In this document: positions 27,853 to 30,108 of the stretch, piece after piece
Layout of the letters: each line of letters starts with the position of its first letter
Numbering within the stretch: the stretch's first letter is position 1
Origin: a virus
Taxonomy: Duplodnaviria > Caudoviricetes
IMG/VR virus record: IMGVR_UViG_3300030095_004944
Span: 1 to 30,108 of that record
DNA: 30,108 bases
Reading direction: 5' to 3' (one strand)
Made by a program: the position numbers and the translations under genes
The notes under the pieces: model-generated
Told to the model about the DNA's origin: nothing
Databases searched by the model: none
Seen by the model: only the letters and a program-made list of their open reading frames with translations

Positions 27853-28052
27853 AATCTAATTACCTCCCCCTTTTTTTCTCCCTCCAGTAACTCCACGAAT
27901 GTGACTGAAGATTGTAACAACTTGTTGTCACCACTGCCACGATACGTATTGCGTTTTATCGTGGGTTCAGGTACATACTTCTTTAATGTGGTTTTTAACT
28001 CGTACAACTTTGTTACTTGATCTGGTGCAAGGATATCTCGTAGGCTACTCAT
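27849..28052 (-). CDS. Hypothetical protein
   Basis: 67 aa; TAATG coupling. Confidence 0.65.
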   Translation of the reverse strand: MSSLRDILAPDQVTKLYELKTTLKKYVPEPTIKRNTYRGSGDNKLLQSSVTFVELLEGEKKGEVIRL

Positions 28053-28207
28053 TATTGAACCCCCAAATTTAGATGTGTGTAGTTACGTTCTTGTGGAACA
28101 TCTCTGTTTGCGTCTGCCCACTGCTTGTCATAGAACTTACGCATAGCCCTGTTTTTTTCTTCAGGGGTTAACGAATACTTCTTGTTTTTATTTGACTTGA
28201 TTGTCAT
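28052..28207 (-). CDS. Small basic protein (51 aa), first ORF after the long leader
   Basis: AAGGAGAGTGAAATG start at MTIKSNK. Confidence 0.7.
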   Translation of the reverse strand: MTIKSNKNKKYSLTPEEKNRAMRKFYDKQWADANRDVPQERNYTHLNLGVQ

Positions 28208-28249
28208 TTCACTCTCCTTTAAATTAAAATAAAAATTTACAACAACACC

Positions 28250-28321
28250 AACAGGGTGCTGATATACGCTCGACTCTCGGAGTACTCCGAGAGGAAACCA
28301 AACGCATATCGCCACCCTGTT
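28250..28321 (-). repeat. Palindrome copy 3 (28274-28293) at the tip of a 72-nt extended hairpin
   Basis: Minus-strand RNA: AACAGGGUG/CACCCUGUU, then a 13-bp helix GAUAUGCGUUUGG/UCGAGCGUAUAUC with G-U pairs, a UUUC bulge, and the palindrome stem. Confidence 0.9.
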
Positions 28322-28649
28322 TTCAAAATGACGAAGTTCCTCTGCTATTTCACGGCAGTTCATTGTAGTGAGGTTAGGAACAAAAAAGGATTAAGAAAAC
28401 TAACGTGCCAACACGACACACTCGACAAAACAAATCGTGCGTTAGTAAAAGTAATCACAGAGGTACTCACAACGTACAACGAACAAAGGGAGGAAGTCCT
28501 AAACTGCCATACTCCAATCGATAACTAGATCAACTCCACGACAGAATTGAAATGGTACTGCTACCGATCTTCTACGTTACTGAAGTTCTAAGTATGCTAA
28601 AGATCTCGTGCCTGTATGAGCGTGATACGTTGCCCCTACTCTGTACCAA

Positions 28650-28669
28650 CTCTCGGAGTACTCCGAGAG
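28650..28669. repeat. Palindrome copy 4
   Basis: Perfect 20-mer; extends GCCAA(C)/UUGGU on the minus strand. Confidence 0.95.
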
Positions 28670-28682
28670 GTTGGCGTTTTTC

Positions 28683-28697
28683 AAATTGTTAAAGATC
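28683..28697 (-). promoter_or_regulatory. boxA-like antitermination element
   Basis: Minus strand GATCTTTAACAATTT versus E. coli rrn boxA region GCTCTTTAACAATTT (one mismatch); about 50 nt downstream of the inferred transcription start, between two hairpins. Confidence 0.6.
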
Positions 28698-28706
28698 GTG
28701 GCTACA

Positions 28707-28727
28707 CTCTCGGAGTTACTCCGAGAG
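28707..28727. repeat. Palindrome copy 5 (21 bp, centre GTTAC)
   Basis: CTCTCGGA GTTAC TCCGAGAG. Confidence 0.95.
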
Positions 28728-28754
28728 GTGCTTTCCAACTGTACTACAAATACC

Positions 28755-28783
28755 ATTATATCATAACCATATTAGATTGTCAA
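28755..28783 (-). promoter_or_regulatory. Consensus sigma70 promoter with extended -10 (probable major early promoter)
   Basis: Minus strand TTGACA-17 nt-TATAAT with TGn immediately before the -10 box. Confidence 0.88.
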
Positions 28784-28800
28784 GGGGGGGGTCAAGGGTG

Positions 28801-29178
28801 TAATGTTCCACAATGTTCTGTAATGTTCCATGTAAAAGTACACGATAAATTTCAATTAGATCAACGTGTTGTGTGGGATAGTGTCGGTTTGTTCCAATGT
28901 TCCACAGATTATAAACGCCTGCCGAAAGTCTCTCTTGACTCTCTCTTTTTATTTCTCTTTATGTATATTTATTTTTTCTGGCGGTATATATATTTTTTTA
29001 TTGTAAAAGATACCCCTGTTTTTTACAGTAATTGAACAAGAATATCCTTTTAGATCAATGCCTTATATAATGTTCCTCATGCTGGAACATTGTGGAACAT
29101 TACAAGCACTTTCTCAATTAAATCAATGCTTTATATTGTACTCTTAAAGTAGAAATCTTGGAACATTGTGGAACATTA
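28801..29178. repeat. Iteron-like TGTTCC(A) repeats in inverted arrangement around an AT-rich core (possible origin)
   Basis: TAATGTTCCACAATGTTC at 28801; its reverse complement at 29085 and 29161; partial units at 28821, 28890 and 29068. Confidence 0.75.
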
Positions 29179-29190
29179 TACAGTGTCAAC

Positions 29191-29210
29191 CTCTCGGAGT
29201 ACTCCGAGAG
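29191..29210. repeat. Palindrome copy 6
   Basis: Perfect 20-mer. Confidence 0.95.
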
Positions 29211-29216
29211 GGTCTT

Positions 29217-29372
29217 TTGAAACCAGTTTTCACATACCCATTGTAAAACTCTCGGAGTACTCCGAGAGGAAGATGGTCGCCCTCTCGCCAGCTTGCCCAC
29301 TTGACACCAGTTCTGGCGTTTCCGCCAGCTCGCCGACTCCCTGCCGACCTCCGCCTTCTTTTGACACCAGTT
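29217..29372. repeat. Three direct repeats of TTGA(C/A)ACCAGTT
   Basis: At 29217, 29301 and 29361. Confidence 0.8.
29249..29268. repeat. Palindrome copy 7
   Basis: Perfect 20-mer. Confidence 0.95.
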
Positions 29373-29378
29373 CCGCCC

Positions 29379-29403
29379 AAAAAAAAGCCCGCATAAGCGG
29401 GCT
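29379..29403 (-). terminator. Intrinsic terminator
   Basis: Minus strand AGCCCGC-TTAT-GCGGGCT followed by T7, just after the stop at 29421. Confidence 0.85.
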
Positions 29404-29420
29404 AATGTTAAAGAATTGGT

Positions 29421-29666
29421 TTAACACCAATTCTTTTCAAAGAAGTTTTCTTCCTCGTTAAAAAGCGAATTAATTTTAGCGAGGTCATAAACTGCACAAG
29501 CTAATTCTTCTATCGAATCGGCGTTTTTAGGATCATTTTTTAAACCTAGACCCGTTCGTTTAGAATAAGTTTTATATAACCCTTCTAAACTATTGCGGCT
29601 ATTGGTTTTTAATAATCCCTGTACTACAGAATCGTTTAATTCTTGCTGAGTGTATCTGTAAATCAT
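29421..29666 (-). CDS. Hypothetical protein
   Basis: 81 aa; GGAG SD; followed by a terminator. Confidence 0.7.
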   Translation of the reverse strand: MIYRYTQQELNDSVVQGLLKTNSRNSLEGLYKTYSKRTGLGLKNDPKNADSIEELACAVYDLAKINSLFNEEENFFEKNWC

Positions 29667-29685
29667 TTTAAATGCTCCAATAAAA

Positions 29686-29711
29686 AACCTCTCGGAATGC
29701 TCCGAGAGGTT
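29686..29711 (-). repeat. Palindrome copy 8 (centre ATGC), terminator-shaped
   Basis: AACCTCTCGGA-N4-TCCGAGAGGTT 11-bp stem running into a T tract on the minus strand. Confidence 0.9.
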
Positions 29712-29724
29712 AAGGTTAAGAAAA

Positions 29725-30108
29725 TTACACTTTTACTTCATTAATTATAGAGTCCTGCAAAAAACCGATAAGATTTAAAAAATCTCCATACTTTTCAGTT
29801 TCTCCTTCAGGAATACTATTTTTACAATCGTTAAGTTGATTGTTAGCACTTGTGGCCATCGCTTCCATGCCACCTTTCATATTGCTAGGAATCGAAAGGC
29901 TTAAATGTATTACTGCATCAGATCCAGAAGTTTCAAATTCAACTTTTTTGGCTGGTGCTTTTTTCTTGGCCTTTCCTAGTGTAACTGCACCTCCAACATT
30001 AACAGCCTTTCTAAACTTAGACATATAAGTTTCAACAGTACTGATAGAGTAAAACTCATTCAAACGCAACGCTAATTTTTGCGAGAATGTCGAACCCTTC
30101 ATTGCCAC
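29725..30108 (-). CDS. Hypothetical protein, probably 5'-truncated by the window edge
   Basis: Open frame reaches the last base of the window. Confidence 0.65.
   Translation of the reverse strand: MAMKGSTFSQKLALRLNEFYSISTVETYMSKFRKAVNVGGAVTLGKAKKKAPAKKVEFETSGSDAVIHLSLSIPSNMKGGMEAMATSANNQLNDCKNSIPEGETEKYGDFLNLIGFLQDSIINEVKV

Larger units (their letters stand above)
28330..28750 (-). ncRNA. Candidate structured leader/non-coding RNA
   Basis: No credible ORF; several helices requiring G-U pairs on the minus strand; directly downstream of a consensus promoter. Confidence 0.4.
1..30108. mobile_element. Tailed bacteriophage (Caudoviricetes-like) genome fragment: end of virion module, replication module and early region
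   Basis: Phage-type PolA, primase-helicase, SNF2 helicase, VRR-NUC, DUF3310 and LPD38-like protein; dense, overlapping, co-oriented small ORFs; no cellular housekeeping genes. Confidence 0.93.

Noticed and set aside
28784-28791. G8 homopolymer next to the -35 box as a phase-variation tract
   Set aside because: It lies upstream of the -35 box, not in the spacer, so a length change would not alter promoter geometry; no evidence of variation from one sequence.
29301-29390. TTGACA at 29301 and 29361 as plus-strand -35 boxes
   Set aside because: No -10-like hexamer at 16-18 nt spacing; better explained as part of the 12-mer repeat.
28256-29461. Track ORFs on both strands in the control region (28256-28528, 28616-29035, 29118-29300, 29168-29461, 29186-29380, 29230-29430)
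   Set aside because: They contain LSEYSER, SRSTPR or LGVLRE, which are translations of the palindrome; they lack convincing SDs and overlap the promoter, iterons and terminator.
25179-29711. Calling the palindromes a bona fide CRISPR array or IS/MITE ends
   Set aside because: Spacing is irregular apart from two pairs, the core is only 20 bp, and there is no transposase or target-site duplication; kept only as an alternative hypothesis.

Overview
The whole window is a fragment of an AT-rich tailed dsDNA bacteriophage genome. No host genes, rRNA, tRNA, integrase or recognisable cas operon are visible. At the left (1-4275, +) is the 3' part of a giant virion-associated 'polyvalent' protein with an HExxGH metallopeptidase-like motif and a C-terminal LPD38-like domain. 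It converges on about 25 kb of tightly packed minus-strand genes. The replication module (4.4-15.1 kb) encodes a primase-helicase, an HTH protein, two tandem SSB-like proteins, an SNF2 helicase, an HNH-like protein, a PD-(D/E)XK exonuclease, a family A DNA polymerase and a VRR-NUC nuclease. An accessory/early region follows: DUF3310, a glycosyltransferase, many small ORFs, a MoxR-like AAA+ ATPase with a metallopeptidase-vWA partner, a HAD phosphatase and a TraR/DksA-like Zn finger. The most striking signal is non-coding. Eight copies of a 20-bp palindrome (CTCTCGGA-N4/5-TCCGAGAG, arms invariant) lie between 25.2 and 29.7 kb, and several extend into longer G-U-containing stems that are fully paired only on the transcribed minus strand. 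Two copies flank a near-consensus boxA just downstream of a perfect sigma70 promoter, at the start of a ~540-nt, apparently highly structured leader. A 57-aa arginine-rich ORF lies downstream. Together these suggest (inference only) an uncharacterised RNA-hairpin-based antitermination or processing system. An iteron-like inverted-repeat cluster (28.8-29.2 kb) may be the replication origin. Protein family calls come from motif recognition by eye; no database searches were run.
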